A stretch of 64,000 nt of DNA. Origin: Barthelona sp. PCE (Eukaryota). The notes beneath the pieces were generated by a model. It was given only the letters and a program-made list of their open reading frames with translations, made no database searches and was not told where the DNA came from. The stretch spans positions 1,612,001 through 1,676,000 of the forward strand of contig JAUFOR010000008.1 in the NCBI GenBank assembly GCA_040285745.1, in the 5' to 3' direction. Position numbers and translations under genes: made by a program. Shown here one piece after another: positions 62,236-64,000 of this stretch (position 1 is the first letter of the stretch; the number at the start of each line of letters is the position of its first letter).

Positions 62236-63732
62236 TTAAAACATTTCGTCTACAAAAGAAAATGTCTTCTTTGGTTGCTTTTTCGGTTTAACATCAGGTA
62301 CGGTGCTGAATAAGGTGATGGGGACATCCTTTTTAACAGCAACAGGCTTTGTTCGAACAGGCACATCATCATCTAGCATATCAAGCAAACTTCCCTTGGC
62401 TTTGGGGGATCCTCTAACAATTGGTTGTGGGTTTGGCTTGGGTTTTGGCTCATTATTGAATACACCGAATAAATCATTCGATTTTTCTCTTGAAGCAGGT
62501 GCAACTTTAGGTTCAACATCTTCAACAAAGGAGAATAAATCGGTTTTTGGCTTGGGTTTGGGCTCATAAGCGACGGGTTTATATGAATGTGTTTCTTTCA
62601 ATGGAGAAACGTTATTCAACGTCATGATTAGAACATCCAACTGTGGTTTGACGTTTGTGTTTCCTGAAAGGAACATCAAATCAGCAACATCGATGTAGCT
62701 TTTTAGTTCTGACCGCTCCTGTGCCAATTTGTTGAGATAATAAACGGATTTGACGATTTTTTTTGGGACCTCATTAGCCTTTGCGATCTCCATCAATTTC
62801 TCAACGATTGCAACAGTGTCCATCTTCAGCGCCCGTGTAATGTTATGCCCAGCCTCTGCCTCACTAGGAATCATACGGAATCCTCCTCCTCCAGTCATTG
62901 TCTCAACCATTCTGGTTTCCAAGACAAGAGACGATTCAGAGAGTTCCCCGACCTCCTCAGGAGCAAGGATCTCCAACTGCGGCTCACTTGTTGACTTGGA
63001 AGTGTTAACAGATGAAGATCCAATACGTGAGTCAGAATAAGTCGTTTCTGTGATTGCCATTTTCGTATTTCCCTTTGTCCAACGGGAATCTGAGGATGAC
63101 ACTAGCTTTGTGCTTTCAGTCTTTTTCTTTGAGGTTCCATGAAAACCAGTTTCAACTGTTACGTCGGTCGGCATACTTACAGGTTTCGAGCTCATTCCAA
63201 TCTTTGATGAAGAAAGTCCAATGCGGCCGTTGCCAAATGCTTCAGACTTGTTATCGTTATTCGATCTTGCAGGACGAGAAGATGAAGAAATGGAAGAATT
63301 TGAGGGGCGGTTCTTCCTGCCAAAGCCTCCTGATATACTCAGGCCGATGGAGGGGGCTGCCGTGGGAGGCTTTCTAACAGGTAACATGTCGTCATAAATC
63401 ACGTTGAGCACTTCCTCTAATTGATTACGTACAGGTGAATTCAAGGGAACCTCACGGTTTCCGAGCTTCAGGGCGGCGTCACGAATGTTGGCAGAGCGAG
63501 ATCTACAAATATTTCTGGCTGCAACATCACCATCAGTAATAATAACTTCAAGAACTTTAAGTGTCTTCACTTTCACCTGCTCAGACCCTGATAGGCGTGC
63601 GATGAGGAAGTTTACGATGCTTGTGCATACAGGAGTTCCCTTAAATGTGTTCTCAGCGATTTTTGAAAGCAACGTATGATTTGCGAGTGTTTTATCATCT
63701 GACGTTGCGTTTACGAGAGAAACTTTGTCCAT
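62236..63732 (-). CDS. TEPSIN: Tepsin (AP-4 accessory protein, ENTH plus tVHS domains)
   Basis: N-terminal ATSDD..VKVKTLKVL ENTH-like domain, central ETRMVETMTGGGGFRMIPS, and DLF/FSFV motifs in the tail. Confidence 0.75.
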   Translation of the reverse strand: MDKVSLVNATSDDKTLANHTLLSKIAENTFKGTPVCTSIVNFLIARLSGSEQVKVKTLKVLEVIITDGDVAARNICRSRSANIRDAALKLGNREVPLNSPVRNQLEEVLNVIYDDMLPVRKPPTAAPSIGLSISGGFGRKNRPSNSSISSSSRPARSNNDNKSEAFGNGRIGLSSSKIGMSSKPVSMPTDVTVETGFHGTSKKKTESTKLVSSSDSRWTKGNTKMAITETTYSDSRIGSSSVNTSKSTSEPQLEILAPEEVGELSESSLVLETRMVETMTGGGGFRMIPSEAEAGHNITRALKMDTVAIVEKLMEIAKANEVPKKIVKSVYYLNKLAQERSELKSYIDVADLMFLSGNTNVKPQLDVLIMTLNNVSPLKETHSYKPVAYEPKPKPKTDLFSFVEDVEPKVAPASREKSNDLFGVFNNEPKPKPNPQPIVRGSPKAKGSLLDMLDDDVPVRTKPVAVKKDVPITLFSTVPDVKPKKQPKKTFSFVDEMF

Positions 63733-63950
63733 AGCGACTTAGATACTGGTTTAAACCACTTTGAAATGGATATTATTAATCAAAACAGTTTTCCTATTCA
63801 AGAAGCAGCTATTTCCAGATACCCCCACACTAATTGAAGCAATTCTTCTTCACACAATAACTTTTTGGCAACAAAATTTGGCAGGCATGTGTTTTTCAAA
63901 CATCATCCTTTTCCTCTCCTTCTGTTTATTTTTTTAATTTTTTTTGTGGG

Positions 63951-64000
63951 ATGGCAGACGTTGATGAGGTTGATTTCCCGGATAACGTGATTTTACCACC
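63951..64000 (+). CDS. 5' end of a gene running off the window
   Basis: ATG after a T-rich leader, open to the edge as MADVDEVDFPDNVILPP. VILPP recalls the start of Prp21/SF3A1 but is too short to call. Confidence 0.45.
   Translation, partial: MADVDEVDFPDNVILP

Overview
Gene-dense eukaryotic nuclear DNA from a compact, intron-poor genome using the standard code (TAA, TAG and TGA all end genes). By inference it is a metamonad-like protist. About 37 protein genes lie on both strands with very short or overlapping spacers. Recognisable ones are Bud32, Ctf4/And-1, a DRAM-family protein, a MoeB/Uba4-like E1, a YEATS protein, Trs33, a Rae1/Bub3-like WD40, TFIIB, DPM3, a bacterial-type PHP hydrolase, an RCC1-repeat protein, Asterix, Dis3, Vps22, a cappuccino-like protein, V-ATPase E, Sec22 and tepsin. 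Two short spliceosomal introns were resolved by hand (87 and 45 nt), both GTATG...YTAAC-N4-AG. The most notable observations are three divergent paralogues of an unassigned ~600-690 aa beta-rich 'MPR' family (one split by a single +1 frameshift), a 1896 aa protein with 8 LRR modules fused to a ~10-TM domain, a prenylated Ras-like pseudo-GTPase, an AT-rich island with an FG-repeat-tailed orphan, and several conserved enzymes lacking catalytic residues. No rRNA, tRNA, CRISPR array or transposase was recognised. All family calls come from motif recognition by eye, not database searches.
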